Source of the DNA: a virus
Length of the DNA stretch: 64,000 nt
IMG/VR virus record: IMGVR_UViG_3300048586_000548
Coordinates: 1 to 64,000 of that record
Reading direction: 5' to 3' (one strand)
This document shows, one piece after another, positions 17,990 through 25,926 of the stretch. Both the position numbers and the translations under genes were made by a program. The notes under the pieces were generated by a model. The model ran no database searches. It worked only from the letters and a program-made list of their open reading frames with translations, and was not told the DNA's origin. The stretch's first letter is position 1, and the number at the start of each line of letters is the position of its first letter.

Positions 17990-18270
17990 CCCACCGCACC
18001 GTATGGTGGCATAACTACTTCGAGTTCGCCACCCGGGAAGAAGCGGACGCCTTCATGGACGGCATTCGCGTGGGGAGCGGCGAAGACGTCGCCGCCACCG
18101 CGAGTCCCCGCCCGGGGACCACGGCATGGGTGGTGGTGACGTGCGACCCGAACGACCCGTACGACCCGCGCGAGCATCCACAACACGTCCGCGCCGAGCA
18201 AGACGCCCTGGCCAAGCTGCTCGTCACGGGGTTGTGGTCGAACTGCCTGCCGCCGCAGGAAACTGAGTAG
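17986..18270 (+). CDS. hypothetical protein
   Basis: GTGA overlap; FEFATREEADAFMDGI. Confidence 0.6.
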   Translation: MTHRTVWWHNYFEFATREEADAFMDGIRVGSGEDVAATASPRPGTTAWVVVTCDPNDPYDPREHPQHVRAEQDALAKLLVTGLWSNCLPPQETE

Positions 18271-18342
18271 TGAGCCCCACCCCCGCGCTTCGAGTCCGTC
18301 GGCTTCGGCGTGCGCCGACGTCCTCGAAGCTTTGGAGTGTTC

Positions 18343-20241
18343 GTGTCCGCTACTGATCCCCTACCCTTTGGCAAGTTCGCTGGGCGTACCCTCGCCAGTT
18401 TGGCGCAAGGCGCCGAGGGCGAGCAAGGCTACGTCCGGTGGATGGCCGCCAACTTTCGGGACGGCCCCTGGAAGCAGGCGGCCACCGACGCGTTGGCGGT
18501 ACAGGTCGACGCCGAGCCGATCGCCGCCACGACCTTGCAGGTCGGGTGCGTCGACGACCGGATGGCCTGGATCGACTACCCCTACGACCCCGCGGTGACC
18601 GCCGCGCTGCGGAGCGCCATCGATGGGCTGAACTGGCACCGCGCCTCGCGCCGGTGGCTCTTCCCCCGGGCGCAGCTGCTGCGTCTGCTGGATCGCGTGC
18701 AGGCGCTGGGGCACGCGGTCGATTTGACCACGGAGGCTGCGGACGCAGTAGCGGCGGAACGCGCGCGCCGTGCGACCCTCGACACCATCCGGGCGCAGGG
18801 GTCCAGTGGACTGCAGGTGCCCACGGTGCTGCCGTTGTTTCCGTTCCAGACCGTCGGCGTCGAATTTGTCCTGGCTGCTGGGGGTCGCGCCGCAATCACG
18901 GACGAGATGGGCCTCGGCAAGACCCCGCAAGGTATTGGCGTCTGCTTGATGCTGTCCCAGCAGCAGCAGATCGAACGCACGTTGGTCCTCTGCCCCGCGT
19001 CGCTGAAGATCAATTGGTACCGGGAGTTCCGCAAATTCGCGGATCTCGAGGCTACGATCTGGTCCGGCAAGAAGGTCGTGGGCGACCGCACCGGGCCCGT
19101 GCATATCGTGAACTACGACATCTTCCCCCGGTTCCGGGAAGAGTTCGAGGAGCTGGGCATTGACTTGCTCATCGCCGACGAAGCCCACTACCTGAAAAAC
19201 GGCGACAGCCTGCGCACCCAAGCGGTGTTCGGCGGCACCAACAAGAAGCGGAAGCGCGTGGCGCCGTTTGCGGTACCCTACGCGGTGTTGCTGACCGGCA
19301 CCCCGGTGTTGAACCGGCCCGGCGAGATGTACTCGCTGCTGCACTACTTGTATCCCGATCGGTTTCCGGACTGGTACTCCTTCGCCAACCGGTACGGCGC
19401 CTTTCCGCCAGGCAACCTGCGCGGGCTGCCCAGCACTCCGCGGAACCTGGACGAACTGCACGAGCGCACCAAGGACGTCGTGATCCGCCGCCGCAAGGCG
19501 GAGGTCATGCCGGAGCTGCCGCCGCTGCTGGTCAGCGAGCTGTACGTCGAGTTGTCCGCCACGCAGCGCAAGGCCTATCAGCGCCTGCTGGGAGACCTTG
19601 CCACCGAGTGGACCAAGGACGCCAAGGCCAAGCGTCGGCCGTCGCTGCAGCAGCTGCAAGTGCTGACCGCATTCTTGAACGAAGTCAAGCTCGTCAAGGT
19701 GCGGGAGCTGCTGGCGGAATTGCTGGCGGATGAGGGCCGACAAGTCCTGGTGTTCTGCACCCGTCTGGCTCCGCTGCAAGCGCTGCGACAAGAGCTCGGC
19801 GACCAGGCGATGTACATCGACGGCAAGATGTCCCCCACCGCGCGGATGGCAGAAGTCGACCGCTTCCAGGCGGGGTTGGCCCGCGCGGCGCTGCTGTCGA
19901 TCCGGGCCGCCGGGGTCGGGTTGACCCTGACCAACGCCGACGTGGGCATCTTCATCGACCAGGACTTTGTTCCGGCGACGCACCAGCAGGCCGAGGCCCG
20001 CGCCCACCGGTTTGGGCAGGTCAACCCCGTGAACATGTACTACGTGCTGGTCGACGATACGATCGACATCGACTTGCGTGCCTTGCTGGCGGAAAAGCTG
20101 CTGGTGACCAGCCAGGTCACGGACGGTATGGCCGAAGACTCGGCCCGGCTGCAGTCGGTCTTCACCGACTTCGTGCGCCGCTTGCGCGCGCGCTACACCC
20201 AATTTGCCGAGGTCTTGGACCCGGGAGACAATGATGACTGA
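18343..20241 (+). CDS. SNF2-family (SMARCAL1-like) helicase/ATPase
   Basis: DEMGLGKT, DEAH, LTGTP, AAGVGLTL, QAEARAHRFGQ; N-terminal PFGK motif and a HARP-like PYD..W segment. Confidence 0.9.
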   Translation: MSATDPLPFGKFAGRTLASLAQGAEGEQGYVRWMAANFRDGPWKQAATDALAVQVDAEPIAATTLQVGCVDDRMAWIDYPYDPAVTAALRSAIDGLNWHRASRRWLFPRAQLLRLLDRVQALGHAVDLTTEAADAVAAERARRATLDTIRAQGSSGLQVPTVLPLFPFQTVGVEFVLAAGGRAAITDEMGLGKTPQGIGVCLMLSQQQQIERTLVLCPASLKINWYREFRKFADLEATIWSGKKVVGDRTGPVHIVNYDIFPRFREEFEELGIDLLIADEAHYLKNGDSLRTQAVFGGTNKKRKRVAPFAVPYAVLLTGTPVLNRPGEMYSLLHYLYPDRFPDWYSFANRYGAFPPGNLRGLPSTPRNLDELHERTKDVVIRRRKAEVMPELPPLLVSELYVELSATQRKAYQRLLGDLATEWTKDAKAKRRPSLQQLQVLTAFLNEVKLVKVRELLAELLADEGRQVLVFCTRLAPLQALRQELGDQAMYIDGKMSPTARMAEVDRFQAGLARAALLSIRAAGVGLTLTNADVGIFIDQDFVPATHQQAEARAHRFGQVNPVNMYYVLVDDTIDIDLRALLAEKLLVTSQVTDGMAEDSARLQSVFTDFVRRLRARYTQFAEVLDPGDNDD

Positions 20242-20572
20242 TCTGGTCCAGGCGGTGAGCAACGCCCTGAACCCCAAGCCGGTCGAGCGCCTGCGCTCGT
20301 TCCGCATGAGTGTGGTCGGGGAGCTCTGCTTCACGGTGTACGCCAAGAACGCCGACGATGCGGTTACGCAGGGAGAGCGCGTGCTGGAATACTTGGACGA
20401 CATCGATCTGATGCCGCCGGTGTCGCTGTCTCCAGCCGACGCCGCTGCGTATGGCCTGAACCCATGCGCCATGCACCTTATGGCGTATCACGCTCCGTAC
20501 ACGGAGCCTGTCGTCGCGGAGTACAACCCGGATGACGACTGGACTGAGGACGACTGGGAGGTTTTCCCATGA
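20231..20572 (+). CDS. DpnD/PcfM-like protein with N-terminal helix tag
   Basis: MTDLVQAVSNALNP; FTVYAKNADDAVTQG. Confidence 0.75.
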   Translation: MMTDLVQAVSNALNPKPVERLRSFRMSVVGELCFTVYAKNADDAVTQGERVLEYLDDIDLMPPVSLSPADAAAYGLNPCAMHLMAYHAPYTEPVVAEYNPDDDWTEDDWEVFP

Positions 20573-20760
20573 AGCCCGCCCAGCTGGTGGCCCTCGCGAT
20601 TGCCATCGCCGACGCGCTCGACCGCGCGGACTTGTTGAACCACCAACGGACGGACGATCCGGCGGGGGAGGCGATTGACGTGGTGCACGGCGTCCTGGTC
20701 CGCGTTGCGAAGCAGAAGAAGAAGAAGAAGAAGAAGAAGAAGAAGGGGAACACCTCATGA
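20569..20760 (+). CDS. small protein with poly-Lys tail
   Basis: ATGA overlaps; K10 run. Confidence 0.65.
   Translation: MKPAQLVALAIAIADALDRADLLNHQRTDDPAGEAIDVVHGVLVRVAKQKKKKKKKKKKGNTS
20716..20745 (+). repeat. (AAG)10 microsatellite
   Basis: Read directly from the sequence. Confidence 0.95.
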
Positions 20761-20981
20761 ACACCGGACTGCTCAAGGGGTGGCAGTGCCCATCCTGCGG
20801 AAACACGGCCAGCTTCGAGGTGACCGCGGTGTGTACGGTGGTGCTGGCGGATTCCGGTGCGGCGCAGGTGCTGGACTGGAATCCTCGCTACGAAAACGCA
20901 GTGTGTAGCGGATGTGGGATGACAGGTGTGTCCGAAGATTTTCACCAACGAGAGGATGGGCCATGCCTAAGTTCGCCGTGA
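20757..20981 (+). CDS. Zn-ribbon protein
   Basis: CPSCGN ... CSGCG. Confidence 0.7.
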   Translation: MNTGLLKGWQCPSCGNTASFEVTAVCTVVLADSGAAQVLDWNPRYENAVCSGCGMTGVSEDFHQREDGPCLSSP

Positions 20982-21220
20982 CCATGCTGGTCACCGAAGA
21001 GTTTCGCGCGGTGATCGACGCGCCCAACGAGCAGCTGGCGATGGCCAAGCTCGAGGATCTCCGCTGCCAGGGAAGCGTGGACGACTACTTTTTCACCACG
21101 CCCGACGTGGAACACGACGCGGAGCGGCTGGAGGATGACAGCGACGACGTGCCAGACGAGGTGGTCCTCGAAGACGACGCCGAGGACCTGCGCGCCAACT
21201 ACGACTGGATGTGTGGCTGA
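20963..21220 (+). CDS. DpnD/PcfM-like acidic protein
   Basis: MPKFAVTMLVTEEFRAVIDAPNEQLA; GAGGA SD. Confidence 0.7.
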   Translation: MPKFAVTMLVTEEFRAVIDAPNEQLAMAKLEDLRCQGSVDDYFFTTPDVEHDAERLEDDSDDVPDEVVLEDDAEDLRANYDWMCG

Positions 21221-21381
21221 TGTCGGATCCCAACACCCCACCTGAGGGCGTCGACTACTGGGCCGACGATCCCCAGCACCCGGTCGCGGAATGGCAAATC
21301 GAAGTCGCAGATGGCGACACCCGCCAGGGGTACTGGGCGTGGGTCGCTGTGCGGCGACTGTTGTGTGCCGATGACGATTGA
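21220..21381 (+). CDS. small Trp-rich protein, not in the ORF track (MSDPNTPPEGVDYWADDPQHPVAEWQIEVADGDTRQGYWAWV...)
   Basis: TGATG coupling; similar to the C-terminus of 22667..23026. Confidence 0.7.
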   Translation: MSDPNTPPEGVDYWADDPQHPVAEWQIEVADGDTRQGYWAWVAVRRLLCADDD

Positions 21382-21682
21382 TCTCCAGGACCCGCTGATC
21401 GCGGCGTTGTGCGGGCAATTCGAGATCCCCACGCACGCGCGGACCTACCAGGTGGTGCTCCCGAGCGAGCTCACGTTCGTGGTCTCCGCGTTCAACAGCG
21501 ACGATGCGCTCGCGCAGGGCTTGCGGGTTGCCGCGACGCTGCACGCCTTGGGGCGCGGGCCCGCGTGGCTCGACCTGCCCAAGCTGGCCGCGGCGCAGCA
21601 TGACGTCCGGCTCGCGCGCTTCCTGGCGTCGGCGATGCCCCTCCCCAACGCCGTTCCGGCGGCGGTCACCTTGCTCCCTTAA
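21371..21682 (+). CDS. DpnD/PcfM-like protein with N-terminal helix tag
   Basis: MTIDLQDPLIAALCG; FVVSAFNSDDALAQG. Confidence 0.7.
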   Translation: MTIDLQDPLIAALCGQFEIPTHARTYQVVLPSELTFVVSAFNSDDALAQGLRVAATLHALGRGPAWLDLPKLAAAQHDVRLARFLASAMPLPNAVPAAVTLLP

Positions 21683-21696
21683 CCCCCGAGCTGCCT

Positions 21697-21981
21697 ATGG
21701 AGGTCCGACTAGGACCCCGCGCGTCTGCCGAGCTGGACGCCCTCCCAATGCGTGAACAGAAAGCTTTCCGCAAAGTCATGGAACGCTTTCGTGGTGCCCC
21801 GCCGGACGCGCGGCGGCAGATGCTCACAGCGATGTACGCGCCTGCTTTTCGCGACCGCGGGGTGACGCACGCCATTCGCCTGAACCGGAAGTACCGGATT
21901 CTGGTCGGGCGTGCGGACGACACGTATGTCGTGGAAGGCGTGGTTTCTCGCGGCGACAGCCGCTTCTACCGATCGGAGTAA
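21697..21981 (+). CDS. RelE/ParE-fold protein
   Basis: MEVRLGPRASAELDALP..Q, IRLNRKYRIL, VVEGVVSRG pattern. Confidence 0.6.
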   Translation: MEVRLGPRASAELDALPMREQKAFRKVMERFRGAPPDARRQMLTAMYAPAFRDRGVTHAIRLNRKYRILVGRADDTYVVEGVVSRGDSRFYRSE

Positions 21982-21983
21982 GT

Positions 21984-22220
21984 ATGGAAGCACCCGCCCA
22001 CGCCCCCAATGTTGGGGGGACGCTACTGGTGTGTTGGACCAACGCGGCCCTTGGTCCGGGAGACGAAGCCACGGACCACTACGAAGTATTCCGCTGGGAT
22101 CACCCCCAACACGAGCTCGAGCAGGTGGTCGCCGCCCAGGCGCGGTACCAAGCATTGGTGCAAGCTGGGGCCACGATCGTGTCCTTGGCGCGCGTCGAGC
22201 GCTCCACCGACTACCCGTGA
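21984..22220 (+). CDS. hypothetical protein
   Basis: Packed ORF with SD. Confidence 0.6.
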   Translation: MEAPAHAPNVGGTLLVCWTNAALGPGDEATDHYEVFRWDHPQHELEQVVAAQARYQALVQAGATIVSLARVERSTDYP

Positions 22221-22352
22221 GCCCGCCGGGTGAGCACCCTGTCCACACCCGAATGCGGTGGTCGATGAGCATTTGCTGCGGCGGCCCCTGGATGCTGTAC
22301 GCCGAGTGGGTCGCCGTCCAACAACACGCCGCGCTGATCGCGCAGGGGAACT

Positions 22353-22667
22353 ATGTCGGACCTCGTAGCTGAAGTGACTGCCGCGCTCGGGCAGCTGAAG
22401 CGCATGTGCTACCGAGCGGAGATCCCGGCGTCTGTGTTTGTGGACGTGTGGGCGACTTCCGTCGACGACGCCTTTGCGCAGGCTCGCGGGCTGGGGAGCA
22501 TTCTGCATGACGTCTGGAACCCAAGCTTGGTAGAGACCGATCCCGAGTACACCGCGGCGGAAGGCGTGCATTCGCCGGTACTCAACGCCGTGGTAGTGCC
22601 TGCCGACAACCCTGCGCAGCATGAGATCGTCCTCACGTACACCGCCGCGTACATCGGAGAGCTGTAA
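22353..22667 (+). CDS. DpnD/PcfM-like protein with N-terminal helix tag
   Basis: MSDLVAEVTAALG; FVDVWATSVDDAFAQA. Confidence 0.75.
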   Translation: MSDLVAEVTAALGQLKRMCYRAEIPASVFVDVWATSVDDAFAQARGLGSILHDVWNPSLVETDPEYTAAEGVHSPVLNAVVVPADNPAQHEIVLTYTAAYIGEL

Positions 22668-23026
22668 TGCTTGAATACAACGTCTGGTCTGAGTGCCACG
22701 ATCTCGACGAATGGTTCGGGGACCCCGCGGACGCTGAGGCGGCCTACCATATCCACCGCCTCAGCGGGCAGTGGACTGAGGTCCGGTTGACGGCCTACGC
22801 CCTGGACGCCAATGGGGATGTCGACACGAGCCGGTGGCTGCGTCTGCACCCTGGCGTGCCCGATGTGACGGCGGCGCAGTTGGCAACAGTGGTCGGACAT
22901 TGGAACGAATTCCCTGCCCACCCACGCGCAACGTGGAAAGCGCGGGTCGCGGACGACTCCACCAGGGTGGGCTACTGGGACTGGGTCGCCAACCAATTGG
23001 AGGGCGCATGGCTTTTACCCTCGTAG
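22667..23026 (+). CDS. hypothetical protein with C-terminal TRxGYWxWV domain
   Basis: TAATG coupling; similar to the 21220 ORF. Confidence 0.7.
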   Translation: MLEYNVWSECHDLDEWFGDPADAEAAYHIHRLSGQWTEVRLTAYALDANGDVDTSRWLRLHPGVPDVTAAQLATVVGHWNEFPAHPRATWKARVADDSTRVGYWDWVANQLEGAWLLPS

Positions 23027-23517
23027 CGACCGACGGGAGCGCACAGCGCTACACGTGTAGCCTGGCCGTGGGGACGCACAGCCTGCTGGCCGAGGTGATC
23101 GTCGAGCCAGACGTAGTTCGGTTCAGGCTGTATATGCGCCCGGTGGCCATGCCGTTGGCTTGGTGGCTCATTGCCTCGGAGGCGTACTACGACGCGCATT
23201 GGCGCGGACGGCTCCTGAGCCTGCTCGACCTGCCCGCGCCCGATCCGTTTCTCTCCGCACTCGACGGCATCTTGAACGACGGCGCGTCGCCCACGATCAC
23301 CGAAGGGGACAGCAGCGGTGTGGTGTCGGTGGACTGGGCGCCGCTCGACGGGCAATACGCAGGCGTAGTGACGTGGGGCGGTCCCACGCCGTCGCCGGAC
23401 TTGTGGACGTGTTACGAACCGGGGCACGACTACACGAACGTCGGTCTGGCGACCGAAGTCGCGAAACCCACCGCCAAGCGGAGTTGGTGGCAAAAGCTGT
23501 GGAGGCGACACGCATGA
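23008..23517 (+). CDS. hypothetical protein with internal tag-like helix and C-terminal amphipathic helix
   Basis: GGAGG SD; PFLSALDGILN; ends KRSWWQKLWRRHA. Confidence 0.65.
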   Translation: MAFTLVATDGSAQRYTCSLAVGTHSLLAEVIVEPDVVRFRLYMRPVAMPLAWWLIASEAYYDAHWRGRLLSLLDLPAPDPFLSALDGILNDGASPTITEGDSSGVVSVDWAPLDGQYAGVVTWGGPTPSPDLWTCYEPGHDYTNVGLATEVAKPTAKRSWWQKLWRRHA

Positions 23518-23717
23518 AAGAATACTACCGCTTCGAAGTCACGGTGGAGTGTGACCCCGCCGTGATGCGGGAGCGCTACCCCAACTGGCGCTTCAATTTC
23601 CGCTCGACGCGCGACTTCGCGCGACACTTGGCGTCGAGCTGGGCGGAACGCCAGCTCCGCCGGTACGGCTACCGCACGCTCGTCAAGCCCTTGCCGAAGG
23701 GGGACCATGTTCCATGA
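23514..23717 (+). CDS. small hypothetical protein
   Basis: GGAGG SD; ATGA overlap. Confidence 0.6.
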   Translation: MKEYYRFEVTVECDPAVMRERYPNWRFNFRSTRDFARHLASSWAERQLRRYGYRTLVKPLPKGDHVP

Positions 23718-24450
23718 CCTGCTGACCCGACCAGCGCATACGCGCTACCGAAAAAGTGTTGTCGACGTCCCCGAGAGCCCGCCTTCCAGCGGGCTCTTTG
23801 TTTTGAAGTCTGCGACGTCCAACAAAAAGCTGGGCGGTGGCAGCAGCGTGGTCACCAAGGGGCGGTACCGGGGCATGCCCTTGTACAGCCTGACCCTGGA
23901 AGAGCGCGCTACCTGCTGGGACGGGTGCCAGAACTGGGGTCGCTGCTACGGAGATAACATGCCCTTCGCGAAGCGCTACGTCCCGGGCGATGCGCTCGAG
24001 GATGCCATCGCCCGTGACGTCGCCCGTTTGCACGCCAAGCATCCCGCGGGATTCGTCGTCCGGCTGCACGTCCTCGGTGATTTCTATTCCCCCGCCTACG
24101 TGCGGTTCTGGCATGAACTGCAACGCGCCACGCCGTCGCTGCATGTGTTTGGCTACACCCATTGGCCGCCTGGCAGTGCGATTGGCTACGAAGTCACCCA
24201 GTGGGTGTTGGCCGAGCCCGATCGCGTGGCCATTCGTCGTTCCGATGCGACCGACCCGCACGACCCCCTGCCCCCGGCCTATACGGTCACGCGCTTGGCG
24301 GATGTCGTGGGTGACAGTGTCGTGTGCCCGGAACAGACCGGTCGCACGGCCAGTTGCTCGACCTGCGGATTGTGCATGGATCAGCGCGTGGCGATCAGCT
24401 TCTTGGACCACTCGCGCCAAGCACTGCGCGTACTCGCAACACCCGGGTAA
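23707..24450 (+). CDS. Cys-rich phage protein (Gp88-like, possible Fe-S enzyme)
   Basis: NKKLG, SLTLEERATCWDGCQNWGRCY, VRLHVLGDF, FGYT, CPEQ..CSTCGLC. Confidence 0.7.
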   Translation: MFHDLLTRPAHTRYRKSVVDVPESPPSSGLFVLKSATSNKKLGGGSSVVTKGRYRGMPLYSLTLEERATCWDGCQNWGRCYGDNMPFAKRYVPGDALEDAIARDVARLHAKHPAGFVVRLHVLGDFYSPAYVRFWHELQRATPSLHVFGYTHWPPGSAIGYEVTQWVLAEPDRVAIRRSDATDPHDPLPPAYTVTRLADVVGDSVVCPEQTGRTASCSTCGLCMDQRVAISFLDHSRQALRVLATPG

Positions 24451-24488
24451 GGTGCGCTGATTGACAGGGAAGTACTACGGATTATCAT
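24447..24488 (+). promoter_or_regulatory. nested promoters: GTAAGGT-N14-GGAA and sigma70-like TTGACA-N16-TATCAT
   Basis: GTAAGGT 24447-24453; TTGACA 24461-24466; TATCAT 24483-24488. Confidence 0.55.
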
Positions 24489-24556
24489 TCCGTATTGCTC
24501 TCTATGGTGGACCTCCTGCCTCATCCGAGGCACGAGTCTTTTTCCCTTGGAGCACT

Positions 24557-24922
24557 ATGTCAGACCGGGACCCCCGGCTGGTGTCTGCTGAAGAAATCCT
24601 CCGCGCAATCGGCGGCCCCCGCGACGTGACCAGCAATGTGAATATGCTGCACCCGTTGGAGGTCCAACTGCCGCGCACCTATCTCGAACACGTCATGCGG
24701 GAGAGCCTGGCAACGTTGCGGGCCGGGGCCGCAGACGATCCCGCCACGGTGCGCGCCATCCAGCAGCGCATCGACTTCCTGGGCTGGTTGGCTGGACAGC
24801 CCGAGCTGGTCGAGATCGCCTTGTATCCGGCTGCCGACGACGGCTTGGATGACCTTGAGGACCTTGAAGACCTCGTCGACGACGAGGATGAAGATTTTCA
24901 GGGCGGCCGCCCGCCGTTCTGA
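24557..24922 (+). CDS. hypothetical protein with acidic tail ending PPF
   Basis: GGAG SD before ATG 24557. Confidence 0.7.
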   Translation: MSDRDPRLVSAEEILRAIGGPRDVTSNVNMLHPLEVQLPRTYLEHVMRESLATLRAGAADDPATVRAIQQRIDFLGWLAGQPELVEIALYPAADDGLDDLEDLEDLVDDEDEDFQGGRPPF

Positions 24923-24948
24923 CCTACACAGAGAAAGTAGGCGGGGGT

Positions 24949-25926
24949 ATGGTGGAGTTCGCAGAGGCCCACCGGCAGTGGCAGGCACACTTGGACACGC
25001 TCGGCGCCACGACGCCCCGAACGCGCGGCAACTACGCGTACGCGGTTCGGGCGGTAGCCAAGCGGGTCCCCTTGCTGGGTCCACCTGCCGACGTGCGGGC
25101 GGCGTTGCAGCAGGTGCGGGCCGAACTGCAGGAGCGGGTGCAGGCCGGGGAGGCGAGTCGGAGCCTGATTCGGCTGACCGTCGCCGCCTTGCGGAGCTTT
25201 TATAGCACGCTGGTGGCGCTCGGCACCTACCCGGAGAACCCGGCGGCGGACTTGTCCAGCACCTCCGTGCCGGACGGTGTGCCGCGCCCGTTGGCGCAGA
25301 CCGAAGTGAACAAGCTGTTCACGGCCATCGACCCCAGCACCGCCGAGGGGCTGCAGGACCTGGCCATGGTCTGGCTGTATTACCACTCGCTGCGGAACAG
25401 CGAAGTCGCGGAGTTGCGGGTGCATCACGTCCAATACTCGCCTGGGGACGAAACGTTCCTGCTCCGGTTTCCGGCCAAGGGGGGTAAGACCCGCGTGGTC
25501 ACGCTGATCCCCGAGGCGGCCGAGCCGTTGGCGTTGCACCTGCTGCGCCACTTCGAGCTGCCCACACCCGAGGGCGTGTCGCCCCTGGAGGCGCTGGACC
25601 GTGCGCTGAACGGCCCACTGGCCGAGGAGCGGGGGCCGGTGTTCTGGCACCACGGCAAGCCGATGACTCGGCGGGCGGCGAATCGGCGGTTTGCCGCGCT
25701 GCGCGAGGCGGCGCAGCTGGGGGCGCACGTTGTGCCCCACGCGCTCCGCCACACCTGCGCGACCAACCTGCTGAACGCCGATGTGGACATTCGCACGGTG
25801 CAAGAGATCTTGGGGCACTCGTCGCTGCGGCAGACCCAGGTGTACACGGCCGTGCTGACCAGCAAGAAGCGGCAAGCCATGGGACGGCTGCCCATTCCCG
25901 GAGGCGCGGTCCATGGGAGCCCTTGA
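24949..25926 (+). CDS. XerC/D-like tyrosine recombinase
   Basis: LRNSE (R), KGGK (K), HALRH, LGH, TQVY all present; YPENPA in the N-terminal domain. Confidence 0.92.
   Translation: MVEFAEAHRQWQAHLDTLGATTPRTRGNYAYAVRAVAKRVPLLGPPADVRAALQQVRAELQERVQAGEASRSLIRLTVAALRSFYSTLVALGTYPENPAADLSSTSVPDGVPRPLAQTEVNKLFTAIDPSTAEGLQDLAMVWLYYHSLRNSEVAELRVHHVQYSPGDETFLLRFPAKGGKTRVVTLIPEAAEPLALHLLRHFELPTPEGVSPLEALDRALNGPLAEERGPVFWHHGKPMTRRAANRRFAALREAAQLGAHVVPHALRHTCATNLLNADVDIRTVQEILGHSSLRQTQVYTAVLTSKKRQAMGRLPIPGGAVHGSP

Noticed and set aside
24461-24556. N-terminal extensions given by the ORF track (e.g. 24461, 18310, 37010..38194, 42708..43337)
   Set aside because: Downstream starts have SD sequences or stop-start coupling; the extensions overlap promoter or repeat elements or neighbouring genes.
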